Origin: an uncultured virus (IMG/VR IMGVR_UViG_3300029787_005093) | Lineage: Duplodnaviria; Heunggongvirae; Uroviricota; Caudoviricetes | DNA: 64,000 nt | IMG/VR virus record: IMGVR_UViG_3300029787_005093 | Reading direction: 5' to 3' (one strand) | Part shown: piece after piece, positions 45,942 to 56,030 of the stretch | Numbering within the stretch: position 1 is the stretch's first letter | How the letters are laid out: every line of letters begins with the position of its first letter | Made by a program: the position numbers and the translations under genes | The notes under the pieces: model-generated | What the model saw: the letters and a program-made list of their open reading frames with translations, nothing else | The model's database searches: none | Told to the model about the DNA's origin: nothing

Positions 45942-47232
45942 CTAATAAATTTACTTCTTTTCTTTCTGCCCAACCACGTTTTTCACTATGACCCCAATAT
46001 ACTACTCTTGCTGGGGTTTTAGCACTTAATATTGCTTTTTCGAAATGTATAGGTTTACCTAATGTAAAGAACTCTTCTATTTCTTCTTTTTCAATATATT
46101 GACTGTCTATATTTTCTCCTTTTTCATCATCAAAAGCTACTAGTATAAAATTATAATCTTTTTTTGGTAGATCATCTGGTGTAATATGTACTAAATGGTA
46201 GGTTGATCTCATAAAAGAATCTAACCATTTTTGTTCATCTAATATTACAGGATTAGGAGGTAAATTATCATGAGCAGTATACTTTTGAACTGCTCTTAAT
46301 TTAAAATTAATACCAGCATAATATTCATAATCTCTCAACGACCTCACTTTACCTAAATCGTATCCAGTAAGATCAAATCCATTATTTTCAGTTCTTAATA
46401 ATTGTCTTATTTTTGCTCTTCCGATATCTTGTTGAGTAAACCAAGAATTATCACCTCTTTTATGTTGATCATCCCATGCTAATATTCCTTGTCTCTCTTC
46501 TCTCATAGTAGCATGCCATATTACAATTTTATGCGGATGGAATAAATCATATCCATGAGTATAGCTTCTAACAGTTAAATTTAACTCTTCTCCTGCAAAC
46601 CATATATCAGTATCATGCTTTATTTCTTTAGCCCATCTATTTCTTCCAAAACAAAAATGACCAGAACAAAATCTAGCAGGTACAGGTTTTTTCTTACTTT
46701 TCCAATCTCTTAATAATGTAGGTTGAATAAAAATAGTACCGTGAGGATAAAAACTATTAAATCTAGTCATCCAAGGTTCTTTGGTTCTACCATGTGGTTC
46801 TTCGAAAGGCTTATATTCTGGTAAGTACCCTGTTAGTAGTGGTTTATAACCATCATTTTCCAGGTTAGAATGCATGTCTATAAGCTCTTTATCCCAGTTT
46901 TTTATAAATCTATGATGAGAATCTAACTGTAGTACGTAATCTTCTTTTTCTAATAGTTTTTCATTTATAATTGCTCTAGCATAAGGTAAGCCTTTTGCTT
47001 CTTCATGAGGCATATCATAAATTTTAAATCTTTTATCTTTTCTATATTTATCTAAATTATCAAATTTATCATCAGGATGAAATTGTCTACAAATACCAAA
47101 TACTACTCTTTTAGGATTAGTTGCTTGTTTAAGTGCATCTTCGATAGTCGGTATTAGTTCAGGTTCCCTATAAGCTGGTAAATGAACAAATATTTTAGAC
47201 TGTATTAAATCGGTGCTCGTATCTATCGACAT
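45934..47232 (-). CDS. GT60-like (Skp1-type polypeptide GlcNAc-transferase) glycosyltransferase
   Basis: IFV..PAYREPEL, AKG..YAR, LQLDSHHRF..NWD, F.GEE....R.YTHGYDL. Confidence 0.8.
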   Translation of the reverse strand: MSIDTSTDLIQSKIFVHLPAYREPELIPTIEDALKQATNPKRVVFGICRQFHPDDKFDNLDKYRKDKRFKIYDMPHEEAKGLPYARAIINEKLLEKEDYVLQLDSHHRFIKNWDKELIDMHSNLENDGYKPLLTGYLPEYKPFEEPHGRTKEPWMTRFNSFYPHGTIFIQPTLLRDWKSKKKPVPARFCSGHFCFGRNRWAKEIKHDTDIWFAGEELNLTVRSYTHGYDLFHPHKIVIWHATMREERQGILAWDDQHKRGDNSWFTQQDIGRAKIRQLLRTENNGFDLTGYDLGKVRSLRDYEYYAGINFKLRAVQKYTAHDNLPPNPVILDEQKWLDSFMRSTYHLVHITPDDLPKKDYNFILVAFDDEKGENIDSQYIEKEEIEEFFTLGKPIHFEKAILSAKTPARVVYWGHSEKRGWAERKEVNLLDD

Positions 47233-48475
47233 ATCCGTGTTTTTTAGAATTAGGCCATATTACTACTTTAGTAGGCATTGGTCCGTGGAACTCTTTCCAT
47301 ATATGAACAAAACTATCTGAAGGAGTTTCACTTAATAGTCTTTCTATTTCTTCTTTAGATAAATCTTCTCTAAATATTACGTCATCTGGTTCTTCTCCTT
47401 CAAAGGAAACTACACAGAAAATATAATCATCATACTTAAAATGACTTCTATGAAGATCTACACAAAATTTTTGATAATTTAATAATGTTTGCGACCATTC
47501 TTCACCATCACCTGGAGGTGGATTTGGTGGAGTTTTATGTTTTAGAGTATATCCTTGTAATTTTTTACTACTAAAATCTATTCCAGCATATCTTTCATAG
47601 TCTGTGAATTTTCTTTCTTTACCAAAAGCATAAGGTTTTAACTGCCTTAGTTGGCATGGTCTACATTTTGCTCTTCCTATACTTAATAACATTCTTACTC
47701 TAGAGAAAGATAATTGATCTCTTTCGTTAAAATTTTTATGATCTCCCCAGTGTTTTTTATCAAAGTCTCTACCATAATGATGCCATGCATAAACTTTATG
47801 TGGCGATAATAAATCGTACCCATTAGTGTATGCTCTGACTGCCATCGTAATTTCTTCTCCGTGAAAATATAAAGAAGGATCGTATAATACTTCTCTATTA
47901 AATTCACCCATAGTAAAAGCAAAGTGAGCTGAAAAGAATCTAGCAGGTATAGGTAAACTACATTCTTTGTAATTATCTATTGTATGAGGTCTAGTATGTA
48001 ATGGACCTTCTGGTGCAAATCTATCAAATGTTAAATACCATGGTTCATTAACTCTTCCTTTAGGGTCATTTTCAGGATCATAAGAAGGTATATAAGAAGT
48101 AATTAACGGCTTTTGGTAACCTGCCTTTACACATTCAATAAAAGTATTTATAAGTTCAGCATCCCAATGCTTTATAAACCTATGATGAGAATCTAATTGA
48201 AGGGTAAACATTTCATCTTCCCATAGCTTTTGTATTTCCGCTCTAGCATAACAAACTCCTTTAGCATCTTTATAGTCCATATCGATGATCCTAAATCTCT
48301 CATCATTTTCATACTTTTCTAAAGTATCCCATTTATCATCTTTACTATGTTGATGACATATACCAAAAACTAATCTTTCAGGGTATTTAGCATTACTTAT
48401 AGCATCTTCTATAGTAGGTATCAATTCTGGGTCTCTATAACTTGCTATATTAATAAAAATATAATTTTCTTTCAT
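47195..48475 (-). CDS. GT60-like glycosyltransferase (tandem paralogue)
   Basis: IASYRDPEL, AKGVCYAR, LQLDSHHRF, YDP.LYFHGEE, R.YTNGYDL. Confidence 0.8.
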   Translation of the reverse strand: MKENYIFINIASYRDPELIPTIEDAISNAKYPERLVFGICHQHSKDDKWDTLEKYENDERFRIIDMDYKDAKGVCYARAEIQKLWEDEMFTLQLDSHHRFIKHWDAELINTFIECVKAGYQKPLITSYIPSYDPENDPKGRVNEPWYLTFDRFAPEGPLHTRPHTIDNYKECSLPIPARFFSAHFAFTMGEFNREVLYDPSLYFHGEEITMAVRAYTNGYDLLSPHKVYAWHHYGRDFDKKHWGDHKNFNERDQLSFSRVRMLLSIGRAKCRPCQLRQLKPYAFGKERKFTDYERYAGIDFSSKKLQGYTLKHKTPPNPPPGDGEEWSQTLLNYQKFCVDLHRSHFKYDDYIFCVVSFEGEEPDDVIFREDLSKEEIERLLSETPSDSFVHIWKEFHGPMPTKVVIWPNSKKHGYVDRYEHRFNTV

Positions 48476-48483
48476 AACTTTAT

Positions 48484-50202
48484 TTATCCATCACAACTTA
48501 AACAATCTTCAGATGTTCTTGAACCAATATCTCCATTGATTACAGAATCTGTTCTTAAATAATATAATGTTTTTATTCCTAACTTCCAAGCAGTTTGGTG
48601 AACTAAATTGATAAATTTTGGACTATCATTAGGATCAAATGCTAAATTTAATGATTGAGTTTGATCTATATACTTTTGTCTAGCAGCTGCTTGTTCTACT
48701 AACCCTAATTGATTTATTTCAGAAAATGTAAGAAATATCTTTTTATCTCCATTTGGACAAACACTATCTGGTAAGTTTGCTACAGATCCTCTATCTTTCA
48801 TTATTTGATCCCATACTTCTTCTGTATTAGCTCCTTTTTCTTCTAAATACTGCTCTAAAGCAGGATTCTTTCTTATAAAAGTACCTTTAGCAGAATTAAA
48901 AGTATAAACGTTAGCAGGTAAAGGTTCAATACCAGCAGAGATACCTCCTGTAATAGTAGAATTAGAAACTGTTGGTGCTATTGCTAATACATGAGTATTT
49001 CTCATACCTGTACCTCTACACCAAACCGGTTCTCCGTATTCATCTGCTAATTTTCTTGATGCTGCATTAGCTTGTTCTCTAATCTGAGAAAATATTTTAT
49101 GAGTCCATGAAGTTGCTTCTATAGATACAAAAGGAATTCTTTTATTTTGTAAAAATGTTTGCCATCCTAAAACACCTAATCCTATTGCTCTACCTTTTTT
49201 AGCTGATCTATGAGCTCTAACTAAAGACTCTCTACCAGAAGTTTTATTTAAAAACTCTTCCATTACACCGTCTAAAAAGTATACTCCTGTTTCAACTAAA
49301 TCTGTATTTTTCCATTCTTCATATTTAGCTAAATTTAATGAACTTAAACAGCATATAAATGAATGTTCCTCATCTGTAAATAATGTAATTTCTGAGCATA
49401 TATTAGTCATGGTTACATCTAAGTTATTTTTTACATAAGCTTGAGGATTAGCATTATTAACGTTATCCTTATACATTATATAAGGTTCTCCAGTTTCCAT
49501 TCTAGACTTAAGTATTTGTATCCATAAATCTCTTGCTTCAGTATTATTTCTCTCAAGTTTTTGCATAAACTCGTCATCTACTACTACACATTGGTGAAGA
49601 TTAAGACATTGTCTATTAGGATCTCCTTTTGGTCTTCTAATTTGTAAAAATTCTTCTATATCTGGGTGATTAATATCTAAATTTACTGATGCTGCACCTC
49701 TTCTTACTGCACCTTGATTAGTAGCTATAATTGTTGAATCATATATTTTAGCCCAAGGTACAACTCCTTCAGAATTACCTAAATTTTCATGTCCTCCAAT
49801 ATTAGCTCCTCTACCTCTAATTTTAGATAAACCAATACCTACTCCTCCTCCTAAAGAAGTTAATCTCATTAATTCAGCATTAGTTAACCCTATTCCTCTT
49901 ATAGAATCTGGTGTATCTATACCGAAGCAAGAAATAGGTAAACCTCTATCAGTACCAGTATTAGATAATACCGGAGATGCTAGGTTTAACCATCCTTTCC
50001 ACATATACCTAAAAAATTTATTAGCTAAATCTACTCTATCTAATCGCTGTGCTATTCGATTAGCTACTCTTCTATAAGCAGTTTTAGGAGTTTCATCTGG
50101 TAGTAAATAACCTTTAGAAATTGTGGCTAAAGAGACATCTGTCATCCACTCAGGATAATCTTTGCCTTTTTCCCACTGGGAAATATCGGTTGTATATGAC
50201 AT
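48484..50202 (-). CDS. nrdA: Class I ribonucleotide reductase alpha subunit (short, no ATP cone evident)
   Basis: ASPVLSN, ISCF, NICSE, CCLSSLN, APTVSNS, DQTQS, KTLYY, C-terminal CLSCDG. Confidence 0.93.
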   Translation of the reverse strand: MSYTTDISQWEKGKDYPEWMTDVSLATISKGYLLPDETPKTAYRRVANRIAQRLDRVDLANKFFRYMWKGWLNLASPVLSNTGTDRGLPISCFGIDTPDSIRGIGLTNAELMRLTSLGGGVGIGLSKIRGRGANIGGHENLGNSEGVVPWAKIYDSTIIATNQGAVRRGAASVNLDINHPDIEEFLQIRRPKGDPNRQCLNLHQCVVVDDEFMQKLERNNTEARDLWIQILKSRMETGEPYIMYKDNVNNANPQAYVKNNLDVTMTNICSEITLFTDEEHSFICCLSSLNLAKYEEWKNTDLVETGVYFLDGVMEEFLNKTSGRESLVRAHRSAKKGRAIGLGVLGWQTFLQNKRIPFVSIEATSWTHKIFSQIREQANAASRKLADEYGEPVWCRGTGMRNTHVLAIAPTVSNSTITGGISAGIEPLPANVYTFNSAKGTFIRKNPALEQYLEEKGANTEEVWDQIMKDRGSVANLPDSVCPNGDKKIFLTFSEINQLGLVEQAAARQKYIDQTQSLNLAFDPNDSPKFINLVHQTAWKLGIKTLYYLRTDSVINGDIGSRTSEDCLSCDG

Positions 50203-50213
50203 TAATATATAAT

Positions 50214-51191
50214 TTAAAATGCGTTACCCCAATCTACTGTACCCTTAGAGTAATTAGTAACTCTATTAGCAAAGAAATCGGTTTGTTGCTTACCTGCAAT
50301 AACTGCGTCAAACCATTTCATAGTTTTTAAAGCTCCTTTATCTATATCAGATGAAGGCACAATAGGTTCTAATCCTAAGTCGCTCATTTTGGTGTTAACT
50401 CTATGTTTAATAAAATTCTTTAATTCGTCCTTAGTAAGATTTTCTAAATCTCCTAATTCAAATACTTTATCAATGAAGTCAAATTCTAATTTTAAAGCAA
50501 GATCAGCAGCTTCTGCTATTTCTTTCTGTAATTTTTTTGTTTTAAATTCAGGATGTTCTTTCATTAAAGTCCTAAATAACCAACAGCCTGCATCTGAATG
50601 TAGTGATTCATCTCTTACAGACCATTCTACTATTTGACCAATACCTTTAAGTTTATTTCTCATTTTAAATGATAATAAAACTGCAAAAGAAGAAAATAAA
50701 TTAACTCCTTCGGTAAAAGCAGAAAAAATTGCTAAAGATTTAGCTCTTTCTTTCCAATTAGGTTTACCGTCATGAGAATCTCTTACTTCCATCAAAGATT
50801 CAATTTTATTCATTGTAGCTTCATCTTCTAAAAACTCAGCAAAGTCATCTAGACCTAACTGCTCATTTAATAATGAATAAGCTTCAGCATGAATAGTTTC
50901 AAATGCTCCAAAAGTAGTAGCCATTGCAATAACTTCTGGTTTTCTAAACCATTTAGTAACTAACCCTGTCCAGTAATCATTTACTACTGTTTCAGTTTGT
51001 GCGAAACCTTTAAGAATAGCTCCTACTAAATTCTTTTCCGAATCAGTTAAAGTCGATTTCCAATCAGTAACATCTTGTGCCATAGGTACTTCTGTATGTA
51101 ACCAATGTGCTTGTTGTTGTTTCATCCAATAATCAAAAGCTTTTGGATATTCAAACGGCTTATAAACTATTCTTTCTTTTAATAAACTCAT
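50214..51191 (-). CDS. nrdB: Class I ribonucleotide reductase beta subunit
   Basis: ETIHAEAYS, EGVNLFSSF, RDESLH, DFFANRVTNY. Confidence 0.93.
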   Translation of the reverse strand: MSLLKERIVYKPFEYPKAFDYWMKQQQAHWLHTEVPMAQDVTDWKSTLTDSEKNLVGAILKGFAQTETVVNDYWTGLVTKWFRKPEVIAMATTFGAFETIHAEAYSLLNEQLGLDDFAEFLEDEATMNKIESLMEVRDSHDGKPNWKERAKSLAIFSAFTEGVNLFSSFAVLLSFKMRNKLKGIGQIVEWSVRDESLHSDAGCWLFRTLMKEHPEFKTKKLQKEIAEAADLALKLEFDFIDKVFELGDLENLTKDELKNFIKHRVNTKMSDLGLEPIVPSSDIDKGALKTMKWFDAVIAGKQQTDFFANRVTNYSKGTVDWGNAF

Positions 51192-51267
51192 ATTTTAATT
51201 TTAAATAATTCTAGACAGCAAAATCTCCTAAAGTACAAAGGAGATCTAGAATAAATAGCATATATAT

Positions 51268-52614
51268 TTAGGTTTTTCCAAATAAATCTGCCATTTTTTC
51301 TGGTGAAAGATTAAAGTTAGGAGAATTATCGTCTTTTACTAATTCGTCTAAATCTGTTTTACCTTCAATCTCAATATGTCCGTTGTTAGTATTCATTTTT
51401 ATATTATAGGTCATTCCGTCTTGTCCATAACGATTTTTCATTATATGAAAACGTCCAGTACCTAGTACTTTATCTTCTTTCATTCTTGAAAGTGATATAC
51501 AAATATCTGCGACCATCATTTTATCATATGATCCTGCAGCTTTATCACCTTCAATAATACTATCTCTTGCTCCCATTCTATTTACCTGGGAAGGAGTAAG
51601 GATAGGTATATTTAATTCTTTAGCTAATCCTTTTGCAGCAATAAAACTATCATCTATTTCATCTTTCCTTTCACTATACTTACCTCTAGATGGTGCTTTT
51701 AAATAATCAACATAATCAACTATGATTAAATCTGGTTTATGCTCTAAATCCATACATCTTTGTATATGAGCTTTTATTGTACTCATACTAGCTTGTTTAG
51801 GAGCATATTCTTTAACAATTAATCTACCTTTAAGGTTATCTATATAAGTTTCTACATCTTTACGATGCTTATTTACTTCTTCTATACCATACCCTGTAAA
51901 ATAACAGTCAAAACGTTTACCTACGTAGTCTTCACCTAATTCCAAAGTATAATAATTAACCTTATACCCAAGCTGAACAGCATGAGCGGCAATAGCAACC
52001 ATAGTCCAACTTTTACCGCCACCAGGGCTACCAAAAACGATACCCAAATCCCCAGGACCGAACCCACCTTGGATACCATCATTAAGGATAGGCCAAGGAG
52101 TAGGAATAGTAGGACGGTAGTCCACACGATAACGTGATTCAATATCTTTATTGTATTCATGACCAATACTTTTATCCATACCGGCTTTTATAGCCTTTTC
52201 TACTAGGTTTCTAATACCATCAAAGTCACCACCTTTAAGTAAATCAGCAGATTCTAATATAGCAGATTTCATTTCCTGATTACGACAAAAAGAAGTAAAT
52301 TCTTCTTCTACATAGTCTAAATCGTCTTGAGAAGCAGCATAAGAGTTTCTTAACTCTTCTTTAAGTGCTGTCATTAATACGTCATTATCTACTTTTTGGA
52401 GTTCTGCTTTAAGAACATCCATAGTAATGGTAGTATTATATTTATCAAAATATTTTAGTACTTTATCAACTACCCATTTATGAGTATCAGTATCAAAATA
52501 TTCTGATTTTAGGGTATCTCTAACATTAATTAAGAAATCTTTCTGGGTAAGTAACGCTCCTAGTACTTTTATTTGAAATCCTTTACCGTAAGCTGATAAT
52601 TTCTGTAATGTCAT
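51268..52614 (-). CDS. Replicative SF4 (DnaB/gp41-like) helicase
   Basis: GSPGGGKS, TLEL, IVDYVD, SQVNR, KNRYG. Confidence 0.9.
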   Translation of the reverse strand: MTLQKLSAYGKGFQIKVLGALLTQKDFLINVRDTLKSEYFDTDTHKWVVDKVLKYFDKYNTTITMDVLKAELQKVDNDVLMTALKEELRNSYAASQDDLDYVEEEFTSFCRNQEMKSAILESADLLKGGDFDGIRNLVEKAIKAGMDKSIGHEYNKDIESRYRVDYRPTIPTPWPILNDGIQGGFGPGDLGIVFGSPGGGKSWTMVAIAAHAVQLGYKVNYYTLELGEDYVGKRFDCYFTGYGIEEVNKHRKDVETYIDNLKGRLIVKEYAPKQASMSTIKAHIQRCMDLEHKPDLIIVDYVDYLKAPSRGKYSERKDEIDDSFIAAKGLAKELNIPILTPSQVNRMGARDSIIEGDKAAGSYDKMMVADICISLSRMKEDKVLGTGRFHIMKNRYGQDGMTYNIKMNTNNGHIEIEGKTDLDELVKDDNSPNFNLSPEKMADLFGKT

Positions 52615-52619
52615 ATAAC

Positions 52620-53648
52620 CTATCTTTTATAAACTGTTAACTTTCTGAAAGTTTCTAACCATCCTTCAGTATTTTTCGTAATTCCTTCTATTTTATCATT
52701 ATCTAATAAATGAAGAAATGCTCCTGCTTGAAGATCAGGTATTGGACCTTTCATTACTTCTAATATATGATTTTTTTCTTTATCATCCAACACTGATTCA
52801 TGTAAATTCATAAGTTCAAAATTATTTTCTACTTTATGCCAGTCATTAATAATTTTAGAAAATATTTTTTTACCTTCAATATTTTTTTCACATACCTTAA
52901 ATACATAATCTAAATTAGTATTAGGGTCATTTACTACTTTAGGAAATTCAGATAGTATAGTCTTAATACCTAACCCTTTTACTCCTTTTAAATTATCTGA
53001 GTTATCACCTAGTAGTGCTTTTACTAAATTATAGTTTTCAGGTATAACTTGTAAAGCTTCTTTTATATTATCTTTTGTATAAAGAGTTTTTTTAATAGGA
53101 GCATATACTTCAATAGTATCATCTACTAATTGCATAAAATCTTTATCTGACGATATAATAGTTAATTTCTTAACATTAGAAATAGAAGCTTGCTTACCTA
53201 TATAAGCCATAATATCATCTGCCTCCAGTTTTTCCATCATTATTTGTTGAACTGGTAAGCAATCAAGGTAGTCTCTTAATCTATTTAACTGCCCTATTAA
53301 TGCTTCTGTTTCTTCTGCTTTAGTATCATAAAGACCCCAATGTGTTATTCTGGTATTAGCTCTTTGAGCTTTATAATCAGGATTTATATTCTGTCTATTA
53401 GCAGAACCTCCTTTTCCGTCCCATATAATTAATACTCTACTAGGTTCAAATGTTCTAACTAAAAATCCTAAAGAGCGTAAGAACCCCACTAGCCCACCAA
53501 TATGATAGCCATCAGGGTTCATCGCTTTTAGTAATGAAAAACTACGGATTAAAGTATTCATGGCATCAATTACCATGATATTATCATTTAATTCTTGAGG
53601 AGGTTTTTCTTTAAGGTTACTAAGAATATTATTATATTTAGAGCTCAT
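52620..53648 (-). CDS. 5'-3' exonuclease / RNase H (FEN-like)
   Basis: IDAMN, WDG, YKAQR, EADD, SSDKDF.Q, GDNSDNLKGV.G.G. Confidence 0.92.
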   Translation of the reverse strand: MSSKYNNILSNLKEKPPQELNDNIMVIDAMNTLIRSFSLLKAMNPDGYHIGGLVGFLRSLGFLVRTFEPSRVLIIWDGKGGSANRQNINPDYKAQRANTRITHWGLYDTKAEETEALIGQLNRLRDYLDCLPVQQIMMEKLEADDIMAYIGKQASISNVKKLTIISSDKDFMQLVDDTIEVYAPIKKTLYTKDNIKEALQVIPENYNLVKALLGDNSDNLKGVKGLGIKTILSEFPKVVNDPNTNLDYVFKVCEKNIEGKKIFSKIINDWHKVENNFELMNLHESVLDDKEKNHILEVMKGPIPDLQAGAFLHLLDNDKIEGITKNTEGWLETFRKLTVYKR

Positions 53649-54721
53649 TAGTCTAGTAGATTAGTAGTAATTTTTTCTTCTTCTAAATCTCCTTCTTCTA
53701 CAAGATCAAAATCTACGCTTCCTACTAACTTTAACCAATGCTGTTTATATTTATCTCTATACTTATCTATAGCTTTTTTATCATCTGGTATAAATCCATG
53801 AGATGTCATTACTACTCTACCTCTAGATTGTACTCCTCCTATATGGTTCTTTTCTACCTGTACGTTAGTTCTTTTAGCAAACTCTACCTGTAGTCCATCT
53901 TTAATAGCTTTTATTTTAGATGTACCTGGGTTAGTAATATTACCAAAAGTAACTACCAATGTAGCATCGTACCACATCGACATCCCTCCTTTATTCTGTA
54001 ATTTAGGTTGTCCCATTGGATGCTCAGGTTTTTGAGTCCATACTTTATTAATAGCTACTAATGTATTAGTATAAGGATTACCTAATTTTCTAGAAAGTAA
54101 TATCTTTTGATTAAGATTATTACCAAATTGAGTAGACATAGCACCTGCATTCCATTCATTATTATTCTTATTAGAACGTATTGAAAGATCACAAGGTACA
54201 GAACCTACTGAATCCCAAAAGAAACACATATCATAAGGTAAGTTACCTTTAGTTTGTTCATCCATTAGATCAGCCATATATGCTGCTACATCTTCTATAC
54301 TATTAAGAGTACCTCTATCTGCATACAAGAAGAAACCTTCATAATCTGTTATATCTCCATCTGCATCTTTAAGTTCGTTTAACTCTAAACCCATTTCTTT
54401 AGCATGATCCCAAGACCATTTCATCTCTGTAATAATAAAAACAGGTAGAATACCTCTTTTCTGAGCATTTACTGCAGCTTCTATTAATGCTGTAGTTTTA
54501 CCAGTATCACTATGACCACGTAATAACGTGATATGCCCGGTAGGAATACCAGGTAATGATGTGATATCCTGAAATGCTTTAGATAAAGGTATCCACCCTT
54601 GCTCTTTAAATTTTACAGATGCATTAGAAAATCCTTTCTTCTTTTTAAACTTACCTAAGTCAAAATTCTTCTTGACTACCGCAGATGCGGCTTCTATAAC
54701 TTGCTTTTTAGTTTTTGCCAT
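53648..54721 (-). CDS. RecA/UvsX-like recombinase
   Basis: GIPTGHIT, GHSDTGKTT (Walker A), WDSVG, KGG, VEKNH. Confidence 0.8.
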   Translation of the reverse strand: MAKTKKQVIEAASAVVKKNFDLGKFKKKKGFSNASVKFKEQGWIPLSKAFQDITSLPGIPTGHITLLRGHSDTGKTTALIEAAVNAQKRGILPVFIITEMKWSWDHAKEMGLELNELKDADGDITDYEGFFLYADRGTLNSIEDVAAYMADLMDEQTKGNLPYDMCFFWDSVGSVPCDLSIRSNKNNNEWNAGAMSTQFGNNLNQKILLSRKLGNPYTNTLVAINKVWTQKPEHPMGQPKLQNKGGMSMWYDATLVVTFGNITNPGTSKIKAIKDGLQVEFAKRTNVQVEKNHIGGVQSRGRVVMTSHGFIPDDKKAIDKYRDKYKQHWLKLVGSVDFDLVEEGDLEEEKITTNLLD

Positions 54722-54726
54722 ACTTT

Positions 54727-55503
54727 TTATTCGTTAAATAAATCGTCGAATTTACTAACCTTATCATTTCCACTACCTGCCGTACTTAATGTAAAGTCAG
54801 ACTTAGTAGTTTCTGTTGGTTGTGCCGGAGGAGTATTAGTTTCCTCAGCATTAGGGTTAAGATAACTCTGTAGTTGTTTCTTAATAAACTCGTAATCATA
54901 TTGTGTAAACGCATCATTAGGATCTGGTTGTTCTTTTAACCAAGTCTGTACTAAATCGTTATTATCTGATAACGGAGTTTGTTTAGGTTTAATTCTTACG
55001 GTAGTAGTAGGATAAGGATTACCTTGTTGCTGTTCAACTACTAAATCCCAACCATTAATTACATCAGTATAGTCACCTACGTCTTCATCTTCAGCTAATG
55101 CTAGAAGCGCTTTATAGATAGTTACACCGAATCCCCATAATCTTACTCCTTGGTCTTCTTGACCTCTTACTACAACAGGAGCAAATACTCTAGTTTTAGG
55201 GGTTAATTTACCTGCTAACGACCAGTTATCTTTATCAGACGTCTTTTTTAATTCGTTAACAAATTCTTCTACCGGATCTTGTTTACCAAAATTCGATAAT
55301 GCTACCATAGGATACTTACCTACACCATAATGGAATTTTAATTCCTTAAATGGAAATGTAGGATCATAATGTGATGGTAGAATTCTAACTACTTGTTTAC
55401 CTATTTCAGGTTTCCAAAAAATCTTTGAGTAGTCTTTTTTTTCTCGGTCTCCAGAGGAGTTATTTAGCTCACCGAGCTTAGCTTTTATAGCTTTTAAATC
55501 CAT
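54727..55503 (-). CDS. Single-stranded DNA-binding protein (gp32-like)
   Basis: FWKP..G...VRILP, GVRLWGFG, GWDL, acidic C-terminus FDDLFNE; beside the recombinase. Confidence 0.75.
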   Translation of the reverse strand: MDLKAIKAKLGELNNSSGDREKKDYSKIFWKPEIGKQVVRILPSHYDPTFPFKELKFHYGVGKYPMVALSNFGKQDPVEEFVNELKKTSDKDNWSLAGKLTPKTRVFAPVVVRGQEDQGVRLWGFGVTIYKALLALAEDEDVGDYTDVINGWDLVVEQQQGNPYPTTTVRIKPKQTPLSDNNDLVQTWLKEQPDPNDAFTQYDYEFIKKQLQSYLNPNAEETNTPPAQPTETTKSDFTLSTAGSGNDKVSKFDDLFNE

Positions 55504-55530
55504 AACTTTATTGTTTTATAACTTATTTAA

Positions 55531-55563
55531 TTAATATAAGAAAAAAAGATCAATTATCCAACT
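55531..55563 (-). promoter_or_regulatory. Repeated promoter upstream of ssb
   Basis: AGTTG-N20-TATATTAA. Confidence 0.7.
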
Positions 55564-56008
55564 CTATTATACGAAAAAGTTTAGTATTAATCCTTTTTAA
55601 TTCCGGGCCTTTAGTTAACAAAACACAATTTCTATAATCAGCCCAATCTACTTTATAATTTGTATCTAATACTCCACCGTTAAGTTGTTTAATTAACGTA
55701 TTTAAAGCATTGATAGTATAAAGTGTGTTTGTTTCTTTTTTTCTATGTACTAGAATAGTATTTTCAAGGAATGCAGAGACATTACCAAAATCTACATTAT
55801 AAGTACAAATGTATTCATCTTGACTTTTTGAATAAAGTACAAAGATTTTATTATATATAATTTTGTACTTATCTTTGATCTGGTTTAAATTTTCTTCCAA
55901 ATCAGCTTCTGTTGAGAAAGTACAGAAAAGCTTGTTATTCATATCTCCAGTTAAGTTTGTTATGTCGATATCATAATCAAATACCGGCTTCACCAAAACA
56001 TTTTCCAT
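55550..56008 (-). CDS. Conserved-looking phage hypothetical protein
   Basis: LFCTF, HRKKETNTLYTINALN motif block; in the replication module. Confidence 0.65.
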   Translation of the reverse strand: MENVLVKPVFDYDIDITNLTGDMNNKLFCTFSTEADLEENLNQIKDKYKIIYNKIFVLYSKSQDEYICTYNVDFGNVSAFLENTILVHRKKETNTLYTINALNTLIKQLNGGVLDTNYKVDWADYRNCVLLTKGPELKRINTKLFRIIELDN

Positions 56009-56030
56009 TTGTTATAAATATTATATTATT

